Source: Antedon mediterranea (Eukaryota > Animalia > Echinodermata). Taken from it: a stretch of 64,000 bases of DNA. Positions 1 through 13,301 of this stretch are shown piece after piece. Location of the stretch: the NCBI RefSeq assembly GCF_964355755.1, contig NC_092670.1, positions 3,028,201 through 3,092,200 on the forward strand, in the 5' to 3' direction. How positions within the stretch are numbered: the first letter of the stretch is position 1; every line of letters starts with the position of its first letter. Under the pieces are notes generated by a model. That model did not search any database, was not told the DNA's origin, and was given only the letters and a program-made list of their open reading frames with translations. The position numbers and the translations under genes are program-made.

Positions 1-46
1 GTCTATATATAATGACTATCGAACCAAATTTTAAATTTTAAACACC

Positions 47-115
47 CACCAATATGGGTTTCGTGCTAAACACCTGACCTCAAACGCCGCACTTGAACTA
101 ATTAAAGATACTAGA
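47..115 (+). pseudogene. Fragment of a non-LTR retrotransposon reverse transcriptase
   Basis: Translates to HQYGFRAKHLTSNAALELIK, matching the QYGFR..hST..A motif of LINE RT domains; no extended ORF. Confidence 0.5.
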
Positions 116-378
116 AAAAATCTTAAAATGTTTTTGATGTAATTTTTCCAGATCTTTCCATTACTGTATTTTTTATTGAGTATACCTTGCGCAATTTTGC
201 GTAAATTTTCCACCAATATAATAAGGTCAATTGGTATTTTTTTATATTAATTTAGGCAGTAAAATGATCATGTGAGTTTTTCACGATAACACTATCTACT
301 GCACTTGCACGGTGATCTGTTCTCGTCGCGATGTAGTTTTTGACGGTTGGAAAGTAGTATATGTAAACATTCTGGATG

Positions 379-1458
379 GGGTGTCACGAAAGCTCAGACC
401 ACGAAAGCTCAGACCCCCTAAGACCTAAGATCACGAAAGCTAAGACCCAACACCTAAGATTACAAATACTAAGATATACTACAGCTTAAAAACAATACTT
501 GTTTATCCATACATAATTTTAAACACAGTAGGTTTCATTTATTACCATAAATATAATTTAATACTACCGCAAAACATAGATAAACTCACATTATTTTCGC
601 CCGTTGAGTAAATGTATATTTTTTCTTTACAACAAACAAACTTGACGGGTTGTTTGTTGGTATATATTTACTCCATTGTGTTGGTTCAGAGGATGTTTTT
701 CTTACGCACCTGCCTTTCTTGTATTTTGACTCCAAATTTGTTGACTAACTTTATCCTGAACACCACACATTAAAATTAGGACTTATAAGTACTTTCAGAA
801 GGAGAAACACATAATAACAAATAAATAAATCCTTTAAATTGATGATTTTACAGATGTGTTTCTTTGTATACTGTAATGTAACTCCTCGAGCTCCCCATGC
901 TCAATGTTTTTGTTTCTATGGAGCGCCAAAAGAGCAACAATAATAGTACAAGTATAAAAACAGAAAGAAAACGAAACAAAAAAACTTATCATGATTTTTA
1001 AATTAAAATTTATTTGCCAGTATTTATTTCTTCGTACTTGCATGATTATACTATTATCATTACAATTTTAATTTTACATTGTTCCATCCACACTGTAGAT
1101 GGACTCCACAGAGTTTTCAGCCCTCTATATAATTTTTGCTCTTTTGACGTTCCATAGAAACAAAAACATTGAACATGGCCCATGGGGTAGGCCTACTGTA
1201 CTGTAGGCTAGTCATTTTGTGTGCGAGAAAAACGTCTGTAAAATCATCAATTTAAAAATGTATTTGTTACTTTTTATGTGATTCTTTTTCATGAAAGTGC
1301 CAATTCTAAGGTGTGGTATTCAGAATAAATGTTAGGAGTTAAAATACAAGGCAGGTGCGAAAGATAAATATTTGTAATCTTAGGTGTTGGGTCTTAGCTT
1401 TCGTGATCTTAGGTCTTAGGGGGTCTGAGCTTTCGTGGTCTGAGCTTTCGTGACACCC
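379..1458. mobile_element. Non-autonomous foldback DNA transposon, Mutator/MULE-like
   Basis: About 90-bp TIRs GGGTGTCACGAAAGCTCAGACC.../...GGTCTGAGCTTTCGTGACACCC. 10-bp TSD ATTCTGGATG at 369-378 and 1459-1468. Further inverted homology inside (about 700-790 vs 1290-1360; about 895-935 vs 1135-1185). Confidence 0.85.
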
Positions 1459-2425
1459 ATTCTGGATGTGACCCTACATTGTTTTCACAGTGTAATGATG
1501 TGATTATGAGATTATTACTAAAATGTCTATTTTAAGGAGATCTTAGAAAGACGTGGCTATATATTCAATAAAGCTAGGCCTTGGCCTACTAGGTATGTAC
1601 TGATGCTGCTGCTTGGCTTAGCTAGGCTGTGATGGCCTTACAGCAGCAGTGAAGTTTGTTATGGCAATCACCCAGCTTCGGACTACACATCATGATCTAG
1701 GGTACCTGAACAATTTTTCTTTTTCTTTCACGTCACTTAACAATTTTGTGATGTGAACAATACAATTTGTTTGTAGATGATTTTGTGTTTCAAAATTATT
1801 AATGTGCGAGAAAACCCAGTAACGATAAATAGGGCGAAACGACCAAGCCTTTTCGAACTTATGAATATATAGGCCTAGACATGGATCCAAGCCTAGCTAG
1901 TTAGGCTAAGTAGAAAGCTGGCTTAAAATTAATAAGCAACTTAATTAAGATGATGCTGTTGTACAGTGCAAATCATAATGTTATATGTAAAACATACTGA
2001 AGAAATATCACATGGGCCTTAAACATTTGCATTCATTAGGCCTAATTAACCAAAAATTACACCAATGCGTTCACCACGAACACAACTCGTACGTCGCGAA
2101 GTATAACGCGTTTATTGACGTATTGTAAACTAATAACCTCTCCTTTAAGTTACTGAAAAAAATTGTAATATATTAAAAAACACTATTTTCTGCCCGACGT
2201 TTTAGAAATGAGTTGTTGGGAAATAGTCATATTTCCTATTTTTTTTGTATAATTACACACTTAAACGTAAGAGCTGGGGGGAGCTATACTTTAAGGAAAA
2301 AACTAATGATAACGATCAAAACGGTCTTTATCATAGTACCAAGCACGAACCATTTACGCAGGAGGCTGGAAAATGTTTGTTTCAAGCGTCGCAGGAAGCT
2401 AAGATGAAAGCCAAGAAGTACTTAC

Positions 2426-2702
2426 CAGTGGAATTTGATTCAATGGAAAGAAGACCCAACGTGACAGAGACTGCAACAACTACTAATATTAACATAACTG
2501 CTCCTATAATAATGAACACATGTTCGTCAATCCAGGATTTGCACGCCGACGTATCCTGTTGCTCCACATCTTCATCGACAACAAAACGTTTGATAGCCCG
2601 GCATCTTATTTCAGCCGGTGTATTATCGTCTGCCGTTCCTGAAATTGAAATAGTGCTTGCCTCAACGTCTGTGTTTCCATTTGTTTCTTTTCCACTATTC
2701 AT
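2426..2702 (-). CDS. Probable first coding exon of a type II single-pass membrane protein
   Basis: ATG at 2702. 92 codons with a polar N-terminus, then hydrophobic VFIIIGAVMLILVVVAVSVTLGLL, ending at a canonical donor ACTG|GTAAGT (phase 1). Downstream exons not identified. Confidence 0.55.
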
Positions 2703-2787
2703 AATTCGAATGTAATTGATAGATTTCAGTTTATAAAACTAAACCCCCCAACAGTTCCAGTGATTATGACTGTCATGCATCCAAATC

Positions 2788-3635
2788 GTATCCGGATATT
2801 CACCCCCTGGACATTTACCCCCGGAAAACTACCCCACGGACAACCACCACCTGGACAACTACCCCCTTAGGACAACTACCCCTTTAGGACAACTACCCCC
2901 TTAGGACAACTACCCTTTAGGACAACTACCCCCCGGACAAATACCCCCCGGACAACTACCCCCTTAGGACAACAACCCCCTTAGGACAACTACCCCCTTA
3001 GGACAACTACCCCCGGAAAAAAAACCCTTAGAAAAATTACCCTCTGACAATTACTCCCCGGACAATTACCACCCCCCCGGGTAATTACCCCGCGGACAAC
3101 TACCTCTGACACAATACTCCCGTAGGACAACTACCTCCTGAACCTGGACAATACTCCGAGGGCAAATAATCTTTTAGGACAACTACCTCCGTAGGACAAC
3201 TAACCCCTGGACAACTAACCCCCGGACAATTACCCCTAGGAACAATTACCCCCTGACAATTCCCCCCCCCCCCCCGGGTAATTACCCCGCGGACAACTAC
3301 CTCCTGGACCTGGACAATACTCCGAGGGCAAATAATCTTTTAAGACAACTACCTCCGTAGGACAACTAACCCCTGGACAACTACCACCCAGACAACTATC
3401 CCTTTAGAACAACTACCCCCCGGACGGACAACTACCACCCAGACCATTCAACAACCTGACTCTGCAACAGTGTATAATAGGAATTAATAACTATATTTTA
3501 ATTCGTTACTTTGACGAATTACTATTCATTATTGTAAACAAAAGTAAAAGATTGAACATAAATATAGTCCTAAGGGAGGGGGTAGTTGTCCGGGGGAGGG
3601 GGTAGTTGACCGGGGGATTGTTGACCGGGGGGTAG
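2788..3635. mobile_element. GGACAACTACCCC-repeat element, probable MULE-like non-autonomous transposon with tandem subterminal repeats
   Basis: Dozens of GGACAA(C/T)TACCCC units at 2790-3445 and inverted copies GGGGGTAGTTG(T/A)CC at 3577-3635; no TSD recognised. Confidence 0.6.
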
Positions 3636-3704
3636 GCTTCGCATTTTCCTATCTCCTCCTACGATAATTGTTTTTAATAGCTGAAAACCGGTTGAACAGC
3701 TAGA

Positions 3705-5773
3705 GTACACCATCATAATGTTGAAGACAGGCCGATTTTCTTAAAAAAATACTATTTTGATAGATTTAATATATGATTATACAAATGTATTGATTTGCGA
3801 TGAATGGAACATCCCAATCTCTCAGTCTGCCAGAGTTTGGTTTAACACAAGTAGGTAAATTTATGAGCCCTTGGTTTAACACATACGGTAGGTAAATATA
3901 TGGGCCCTTTGAGAATAAACTTGCAATACTTTGACAATACTGTAAATACCTATTAACTATTTTTAGTCCTCATTTGAATCGAACATTTCTTACTGTGAAT
4001 GTTCGTACTGTTAGATGTAATATAAAAATATATACAGATAAACTTTATTACTGAGATTGTGGTTAGGATCTACTGTTAGATATATAAACACATTATTATA
4101 TACAAATACACTTTATACTGACAGTTCCTTCTCAACGTTTGTATTAATTAATAATTACCAATAAAATAAACGTCGTAGTGGTGTATCGTGACATGTACTT
4201 TAATATTTCAATCGATTATGACAGTGACAGTTTTAACAAAGTATTAAATCGCAAATGTTTTACTGTATTTAGAGGTACAGGTATATTATTTATAGGCCTA
4301 TAAAACACGAAAAAAATATTTCGTTACTGAGTGGATAAAGAATATATTTAAAAATTGTTCCTCTTTGTACCTATCCGCTTTCCCATCCCTCAACCCTAAT
4401 GTTACATACAAAACACAAATTGGTTTCTTTAAATGAGTCCAAATCAAAAATTTGGACTCATTTTGATAAGGTTCTCCTTCGGAAGTAATTCCCAGGGTGC
4501 TAATTTTAGTTGACTAAATAAATCATCGTGTCTATTTATTCGTTTCTTTAAACGACAATGTATTATAGTCCTGCGGTACGTACATTTGAAATTGCCAGTT
4601 TTGCTACGCTGAAATTACTGTGTATTCGAGAACCATCTGTGGGCACGACCTAGATGGTAAGCGAGCGAGTACAGCATCATAATGTTGAATGAAGACAGGC
4701 CGATTTTCTTTAAAAAATACTATTTTGATAGATTTAATATACGTTTATAAAAATGTATTGATTTGCGATGAATGGAACATTCCAATCTCTGTTCCACAAG
4801 TGTCTATTCCCTCAGGCGTCGTAAAGGCAAGTACAGGTACTGTATACTCATAACAGAAATTCGATCCATTTTTTTTCCCAATCTGTGCTGCAGAGGTTGG
4901 ATATAAATTTTTTTTAAACGGATAATGAGCTAGCGTTTTCACTCGCCGTATATTATGTACACATCTTTATTATTGCAGTTAAACCACCCACATCATCACC
5001 CTTCCCTCACTGGCATGAGTAGCGTTGTAAAACGAGTAGAGGATAGGCCTACGGTACATCACATGCCCTAAACGCAGAACAACTTTGGTGGGTAGGGTAG
5101 GAACCAACTTAAGTATGAATTGGCTCTAAGAAACAATTGAAAACCATTAGGCCTATACTAATTAAGTTGAGTTAGATAATTTAATATTTATTGACGATTA
5201 AATCGAATTTATGATTTTCCCCGAATAGAGGTGATTTTCACAAATCGTTTTACATTATATAAACATATACACGTCGTAGTGATGTATCGTTACATGTACT
5301 GTACTATTTCAATCGACTAGGACGGTGATAGTTCCAACAAAGTATTACATCGCAATGGTTTACTGTGTTTAGTGGTATATTATTTGTAAAACATGAAAAA
5401 ATTAATATTTCGTTACTAAATGGATAAAGAATATATTTAAAAATGTTTCCTCTTTGCACCCATCCTCTTCCCCATTCCTCAACCCTAATGTTACATACAA
5501 AACACAAATTAAGTTTGTTTAAATTTGACTTAAACATATTGGTCTCATTTTGTGACAAGTTTCTCTTTCGGAAGTAATTCCCAGGGTGCTAATTTTAGTT
5601 CAGTACATACATCACAGTGTCTATTTATTCGTTCCTGTAAACGACATGTATTATTGTACTGCGGTACGTACATTTGAAATCGCCAGTTTTTTAACGCTGA
5701 AATTATTATGTATTCGAGAACCATCTGTGGGCACGACCTAGATGGTACGCGAGCGAAGCGAGCGTACCATCTA
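3705..5773 (+). repeat. Locally duplicated segments ending in a hairpin plus CTAG (rolling-circle element-like 3' end)
   Basis: About 4170-4665 is similar to about 5270-5773, and about 3710-3820 to about 4675-4790. The second copy ends in CTAGATGGTACGCGAGCGAAGCGAGCGTACCATCTAG, a hairpin terminating in CTAG. Confidence 0.55.
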
Positions 5774-5923
5774 GTTATAGGAATTACAACAAATCCTTTA
5801 CTGTTTGTAATTGTACTTTTGCTTATAATAATGCTAGAAAATATTGTTGACTCTTGAGGACGATCAAACATTAATAGGGAAGTCGAACTCAACAGTTTTT
5901 TTAAGAATGCTAGAAGTAACTTA

Positions 5924-6013
5924 CCGTATTTATCCAAATAAATACCCCAGGCATTTATTGTTCAGAGGGGTGTTTAGGGGGAGGGGTGTTTATTCAGTGG
6001 AGGTGTAATATGG
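5924..6013. mobile_element. Short Tc1/mariner-type MITE
   Basis: TA|CCGTATTTATCCAAATAAATACCCC ... GGGGTGTTTATT...AATATGG|TA: imperfect TIRs flanked by TA. Confidence 0.45.
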
Positions 6014-6346
6014 TAACATGTATAATCAAATAAATACACCCTAGATATAAAAAATACAACACAATTAATATCGTAATAAGAATAACTGGATTAAACCTCC
6101 TTCATCTGGGTGCAAGTACAATCATGATATTAAAAAGGTCGGAGACAACTATAATAGACCAATTCATTGTCATAATTGTGTATGACACTGTTGTATAATA
6201 TTTTTGAATGTCACCGACAAATTATACATATACATGGCTGTTCCCAGTGTACATATATATGTATAAGCAACTGATTTACCATATGTTAACTATAACCATG
6301 CTTACAATTAATAAAACTTGCATTTACAATATTTATTGTAGATTTG

Positions 6347-6421
6347 AGCATCAACTCGTGATAACAACTCCTGATTATTATACCGTATAATAATCAGGAG
6401 TTGTTATCACGAGTTGATGCT
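6347..6421. repeat. Perfect 75-bp palindrome (37-bp arms, 1-nt centre)
   Basis: AGCATCAACTCGTGATAACAACTCCTGATTATTATAC-C-GTATAATAATCAGGAGTTGTTATCACGAGTTGATGCT. Confidence 0.9.
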
Positions 6422-6520
6422 GTGTCATACTGTACGTTTGGTGTTGTATAACTTGAGGTACTGTTATATTGTGATTGTGATTGTTTGTTGTTGGATTGGT
6501 GTTGTGAATTATTTATTGTA

Positions 6521-7402
6521 AGGGCCCGTTTCTGCTGCCAAAAATATACCATATATATACGGTATATTTTATATACGGTATATTTTTTGGCAGCAGAAAC
6601 GGGTCTCATAAAAAATATTCCGTATTATATGCGGTATATATACCGCATAAATATCCCCATCGTTTGTGGATATTATACGATATATTCCAAAATATACTGT
6701 ATATTTCGTACCCCGTTTCTGCTGCACTCAAAATATACCGTATATGTGACCCGGCCCATGGCACGAGGTCAAAAACTAACAGAACGTGACGCGTTTGTTT
6801 GGTTTTTCTGCTGCATTGACACACATGTGTATAAGCAAGCAACAGATCAAAATGTCACTCTGTGGACTGGAGAAATAACTATTTTTGCAATTCAATTGTG
6901 GGGAGCAGCGAAGGTTGGGGAGACTGCATGGCAACAGAAAAGGTCGTCTTCTAGCCCTAGCGACTCTTCTTCTAGCCCTCCTGTCATCATCATCATCATC
7001 ATCATCGATGAAGTTGGATGTTCCGAGAAGAACAGCAGCCAAAGTTATCAGCAAACGCTGTCGTCTTCTTTGCATAAATCTAGTCAATGCCCATTCTACA
7101 TTTCTAGATTGTGCTTGTATGTGCGGTGTAAATTCGTAGCCACTTCTGCTCATTAGATTTAAAATAGAAAGCAATGCTACGATGTTTTGAGAAACCATCA
7201 TTGTTTTGTTTTTGTCAGGTATAAACCTCACTACACGAGACTCTAGGTCAATCTATACTTCCGTCTCATGAAGTGCATTTTGGGTAAAATGAAAGCCAAC
7301 TTTTTCACAGCCCACCCACGAAGTATGTGCAGCGGAAACAGTGCACGAATTTCATAATTATATGGTATATGTACGGTATATTTTGGATTGGCAGCAGAAA
7401 CT
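6521..7402. mobile_element. Cluster of related MITE ends (CCCGTTTCTGCTGC family)
   Basis: Hairpin element 6521-6607 (GCCCGTTTCTGCTGCCAAAAATATACC...GGTATATTTTTTGGCAGCAGAAACGGG), plus a related pair at about 6710 and about 7370-7400. Confidence 0.55.
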
Positions 7403-8500
7403 ATTAGTTTTATTTATGATTGAACACACAATTCTCTAGTATGTCATAATCACATTGAAGGAATAATCAAATTCTATCCTTTCAGAAAATTATTATTACA
7501 TTTGCTGATTAAAAATGTTTAATTTGATTTGTTAACTGTTTGTTTGATATTTTTTTCTGGGCTACATAATCTAATTAAAAATTGTTTATTGTTACGGAAA
7601 TGTACAGTGTTTTGTTTGTTTTTTTGGTCGGAAATGGTACTTTCACACATAAAATTCATGATAAATGGCAGCTCTAATTTACAGGAAAAGGCACTCTCAT
7701 GTAGCATGCTACCAATAAGCAAAACGATCTACTTTTTCCTCCAATAAATACACGTAACTAATGAAAGAACGATAACATTTTTTTTGCCGATTTCAATCAC
7801 TCAGTATTTTGTTTTGATTGCGTTGCGTTCAAGTTCAATGCGAACGTATGTCTAGGGGAAGCCCCGAAAAAAAGCGCAAAATTCAATGCTTATTATAGCT
7901 CAATATTTATTTACATCAATTTGTTGAGGAAATTAAATATATATAAATAGGTATTGATACAGTTGAGTACGTATATCGGTGGGTGGCCTAGAAATAAAAT
8001 TTGGTTGCTATAATGTATACTACAGAGTATGAAAGTGTCATTATTATTTCTTGCCATTTAAATTCTGCTCCCATAACAGAAATATTTCATACCTGCCGAC
8101 TGCAGCATAATGATAGTGTGCAGTGTTTAAATGCCATGATAAGAGGGAACATGGACAGAATTAGTCTCCTTGTTCTAATTATTTCGTAAATGTTGTTTTG
8201 TGTTTTAGTCTGTAATGTAAGAACTTATATTGTAAGTTAAAGTTTGTGGTTTTTGTAGATTATTGTTGACTCTTTTTATGTAAGTCAGTGAGCAAGCGTT
8301 GTAAATGCAGATTAAAAAAATTAGGCTTCTGCTATCTCTGAGAGTAACATAATGTAGGCTTACTTATGTAAAATAGTAACCAATGCTTTTACATTTTTAA
8401 GCTTCCTATTACTGTATCATTGTTCATGTGGTCAAGTTAAACATATCAAAAAGGACTTTATTTCAATATATTGAAAGTTTTATTAACTGAAGCAACTAAC

Positions 8501-9304
8501 CAATTTCTGATTTAACCGTTTTTCGTCTTCCTTGTTCTTCATAGCTACTGGTTGCCACTTGTCCTGTTTAATTTAATGACAAATTTACAATTATATTCTA
8601 TACCTCTTTAAAAATATCATTGGGAGCATTAATTCAACATGAATATGTTTCATTATGTATAAGAAGCTAACATAACAAAATGCACTAATTAACTTACCTT
8701 CAGTCAAAGGTTTCACTCTTGATTCCAGTCCAATCTTTCTTAGATCGTTAATAAACTCTTCTTTTCTTTCTTTACAAAGTATTTTTCTGTTCTCCAAATC
8801 CCAAATCATACTCCAAGCATCTTCGTAATTCTTTGCGGCACTACCATTGTACAGAGCATCAATTTTGTCAATATCTTCTTTTCCCAGTGCAATTCCTAAA
8901 TTGACAATCCAGTGTCGATATGGGGCGAAATTTGTAATCTTTATTTCTTGTACATCGGGAAAAGAATGTTCGAGAAGTTTGATGACACCAAATGTTTGAG
9001 TTATTTTGATTGTTTGGTAAAGTAACGATGGCTCGCTATAACTCAAATGTCCATATATAACTAATTTGTGTAGTAAGTCTATCGTTTTACGTGCTTTGTC
9101 TATGTCCGTTACTGCAATTAAATCTCGGTATAAAACTCGCAGCTGTCGAAAGAGGTTTTGATCATCACACCAAGCTGAAAAGTTCACTAAAGCTACAGAA
9201 AATTCTACAACATGGTGAAAACAGAAGATTAGTGAACTAGATATTTTAAACTTACCGCTACTCAATTGAACACAAAAAAGACATTTTTAGTTACCTGTTG
9301 CCAT
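8501..9304 (-). CDS. Tandem death-effector-domain (DED)-like protein gene; exons 9304-9295, 9192-8698, 8563-8501 (3' end unresolved)
   Basis: ATG GCA ACA G|GTAACT, then a 495-nt AG/GT phase 1-1 exon (ALVNFSAWCDDQNLFRQLRVLYRDL...FAPYRHWIVNLGIALGKEDIDKI...WDLENRKIL) with two helical repeats resembling DEDs. Clearly similar to the 28222-28773 exon. Next exon GQVATSSYEEQGRRKTVKSEI. Confidence 0.7.
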
Positions 9305-10469
9305 GTTGTCGATTTTCTGTTTTCATTTCTGAAAAATATAAATGTTGTAATTAGGATAAATGATGTCGCGTTGTGTAGGCCAAATGGACAATCCAGCTAG
9401 TTTAAACAAATATTTTAAATAAATTAGACTCTATTACAATCAGGCATTTAATATAAAAAAAGGTATTGCTAATCGGAATTTCATCAGCCCGAGTTTGGCT
9501 GACGATTCAGCTTTAAAAACGTGATAAATACCACAAAAAATGTATCAATAAATTGCAATAGTCCCCATCAGGGGTCTTGTTTATTATTTAATTATTAATA
9601 GTCACTGGTTGGAGGTACACACCTAATTGGTGACAGTGGCTTGCTGCTTTTGTGCTTTCCTGGCAGCTAGTGACTATGATTTTTTCTGCTTTGTGTTTGT
9701 TTAATTTGTTGATTTGTATTATATTTTGTAAAATGTATCTTTTGCCTGAATAAATAATAATAATAATAATAATGATGTCGATGCGCCTATTTTCTCTTAG
9801 CACCCACCTTTGAAGAGTGGAAAAGAAAGAACTAAAAATCAAACAAAACAGTATTATCGCTTGAAAAGCTGCCTATGATCTTTACTGTTATATAAGTCAA
9901 TGGTTCAGGATATTTAATATTCCATGCAAATTATATTGTACATTTCTCTATATGTTTATTCCTATATGTTATTCATTGGGTACCAAAGATTTGGAAAATT
10001 GATGTTGTCGACTTTGTAGCGCATTTTATGATTTTATAAACAAAATAATAAATGCTTTGGTTGTTTAATGTTTGTTTTTGTTTCATTTCAGAGAGACTAT
10101 GGCTAACGATGCAAATAAAATAAAAAACTATGAAAATGTGATTTGTTTTAGAAATATAAGAGCATAAAAAAATTGCAGAGAATAATAATATTTTTGTCAT
10201 GTAAACAAATTACACCTTCTGTTGGTGAATGCATGATTACGTTAAATTTTCAAAATAATAATTGCATATAATTATGTTTTTAGTATTTTATTTTATATAT
10301 ACTGTATTAACATTGAAACAATAAAGATATGTTATTAAATGGAGTTCCACTTTTAAAAAATTGACATCTATCAACATGTATGATTAAAATATAAAACAAA
10401 CTCATAAGGTCATCTTTGCACACAAGTGTGCCATAGTTTGTAATTTAATTAAGTATTTAAATATATTTG

Positions 10470-10698
10470 TCTTCGCAGTAAAGAAGAAATGATTTCAGAT
10501 GTTCTACTGTGGCAGCCAAAACACGGATTTGTAAAACAAGAAAGGCCAGCTCTCACATACATTGATGTACTGGAGACGGATACAGTATGCAGAGTGAAGA
10601 AATGGCTGTCACAATGGCAGATAGGAAGTTATGGAGGAATCTAGTCATAAGTTCGGGTATGTTCTGGAATAAGTAAGTAAGTAAGTAAGTAAGTAAGT
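10470..10698 (+). mobile_element. 3' end of an RTE-like LINE with (GTAA)n tail
   Basis: KEEMISDVLLWQPKHG...RPALTYIDVLETDT...MADRKLWRNLV resembles an RTE ORF2 C-terminus; followed by about 7 x AAGT. Confidence 0.6.
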
Positions 10699-11677
10699 AT
10701 ATTGTTGTAGAATGCTATTCTTATGATAGGCCTACACCAATCATTGTTTTGAATAAAAAGAAAATAGACTTCCTTGTGTACATTTTAATCAAGTAGTAGA
10801 AGATGTCATGACAGTTTGACCCGCAGTTTGACCCGCAGTTTGATTTATGTTCTGATGTGGTAGTTTAGTGAATGATTTCAATGCCATTTTGCAAATTGTA
10901 TTACAGTTTGGTTCTCGAAATTTACCAAAAATAACACAAATAACAAGTTAAATCTTCAATATTTTATGTTGTTGATTAATTAAAAATGTCTCTTTGAAGT
11001 TTAAATAAAATGTTATATAGTAATCATCAACATGAATATTGTAATTACTGTAATACTTGTTTTTATACTAGGTAAACGATCAAGAAGTGAAGCTGGACCA
11101 TAAAGTGCATTCCACCATAAAATAACTAATAAATTCTTTAAATATAACATTTTAGCTTGTTAGTAACTATCCTTATTTTCTTTGTGGTAGAAAATTAGTA
11201 CCTGTTTCTTCCTAATGTAAAGCTTGCACTATAACACAGGTCAGTCATAAACAGTACAGGTGGTACAAGTTTGTCTTTTGGATCAGGTGATAAATGTATC
11301 AATGATAAATTCAAATATTTACAACAAATGCTATAGAATACACCTTCAAGTATTTACATAAAGTTATTTTCAACAGCGCCACCAATGATTTGTAATATAT
11401 GTAAGTTTGTGTTGTATCTTCTAGTTGTGTTCCCTTTCAATGTTTGTTTATTTGTATTTTACATCCTTCTATGCATTGATAAATAAATGTAGAGATAAGA
11501 CATAAAGACAAGTAAAAACATCACTGTTAAATACACATTATTTTAACCCAATCATTGTCAATATTGTCATAGTTATCAGATGTGATTATGATTAAATGCT
11601 TTAATTCATAGTTGTTAAATATTTGTTGTTTGTTTCATTTTCAGAGATACTAGGGATAATGATGCAAAGAAAGTAAA

Positions 11678-13035
11678 CTAGATTTAATTCGTCACTATGA
11701 CGAATTATAGGTTATATGCATTGATTTAAATAAAGATAATTGATTGATTTAAGATATTTTGATTGATTGATTTTCTCAGAATCTTTAGTTATTTATAATA
11801 ATTATGTGATAGGATCTTGCTAACGCAAATACAATAGCCGGTATCATAATCCGATCAAAGATCCTTCTGCGTATATAATGACATAAACCACATTTTGTGT
11901 TTTTAAATAAATTTCATTATAAATCATCTGTATAATCTATACACTAAGAAATACAATTGAACAAACAATACGGATAATAAAAAAAATCTTATTTCGTTTC
12001 GTTTCCCAAGCTGAGACTCGAACTCGGTACCTTGAATGCTATAGACACGAGCAAAGACCACCGAGCCATACACAACTTGTATTTTCTATGCAGTAACCAC
12101 TTTGGTGCAGATAGATTATTACATACCGCAATGAATTATAATGTTTTACTATGATGACATCTTTAAAGATTTTTAAAAATGATGCACTGTCAAACTACAT
12201 ACTTTTAACTTTAATATATGAACTTCTTAAGGAAGAAAGTTAATGTTAAGTTTGTTATTTCGGCCTAAGAAAATTTTATAATTTGTTTGATTGTCGAAAT
12301 TAATTTTTGTAAATTTAATATGCCATTAATGATGACTTAATCAACTTTTGTTCTCTTGATTTCATAATAAATCATACATATGATACATACACTTCAAGAA
12401 AATGAAATAAAAAATCGGTGTTCCCGAGCATTCTAACGATATATATTAATTTTAAAATTTAGCATATTTTCACCATTTTGTTAACTTACACGTGCGTAGC
12501 CTGTCACTTTTGACGTACTCGTATAACGCTGTTTGGCGTTGAAAAGATAATACAATTTGATGATATTGTTAAAGAAAGGTTATACAACAGTAATCGGAAA
12601 AAAACAGTGCGCAATAACGTTTGACGCGCAGTGCGCGTGCAAAAATATGCGCACTTATGGCAATTTTTAAACGCTTAAAATTGCCTGAAACGTACTCTAA
12701 TTTCATCGAAAATAAATTCTGACAATTTTGAACATTTTAAGCGCGCGTACGCATGCGTTATATGCGCTACGCACGTAATTGTATTGCCATATGATGAAAT
12801 ATGACCTGAAATTTACGAGTACCAAATTTTGTTTAAAAGTGATTCATGCTTGTGAAGATATGATTACAAACGTGATTTCGTTAAATCGCGCGTAGACCGC
12901 GTAATGTTTGATTGCGCACCGTGAAAACATAACCACATCGATTCCTGGCCATAAGGAATATACTCTGAAAAATTGACTTAGTTAGATGAAACTGATACCA
13001 AGATAATTGACGGACAAATAGTGCTAAGGAAAGAA

Positions 13036-13086
<51 letters not shown>

Positions 13087-13136
13087 AGATTCTGACAGAA
13101 TCAAGAGGTTATATGCATATCATGCATATAACCTAA
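11678..13136 (-). mobile_element. Non-autonomous Helentron/DINE-1-like element, copy A
   Basis: On the minus strand: 5' subTIR hairpin AGGTTATATGCA..TGCATATAACCT, then a (TTTA)n microsatellite. 3' subTIR, stem-loop AATTCGTCA-tag-TGACGAATT and terminal CTAG. No TSD. Confidence 0.8.
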
Positions 13137-13301
13137 TAACTATGAAAATATGACTTGTTTTTTAAAAGGCTAAACATTGCCGAAAATGATCATTTTTTTG
13201 CCATCTGAACAATTTCACCAAAATTACACCCTCTGTTGGTGAATGCATGAATTACGAATATTTTCAAAATAATAATTGCATATAATTACGTTTTTCAGTA
13301 A

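Noticed and set aside
2245-2715. 156-aa plus-strand ORF
   Set aside because: Starts at a non-ATG codon and is antisense to the better supported TM exon with a canonical donor.
6485-7231. 223-aa and 151-aa ORFs
   Set aside because: They run through MITE hairpins and a (CAT)n microsatellite; no recognisable domain.
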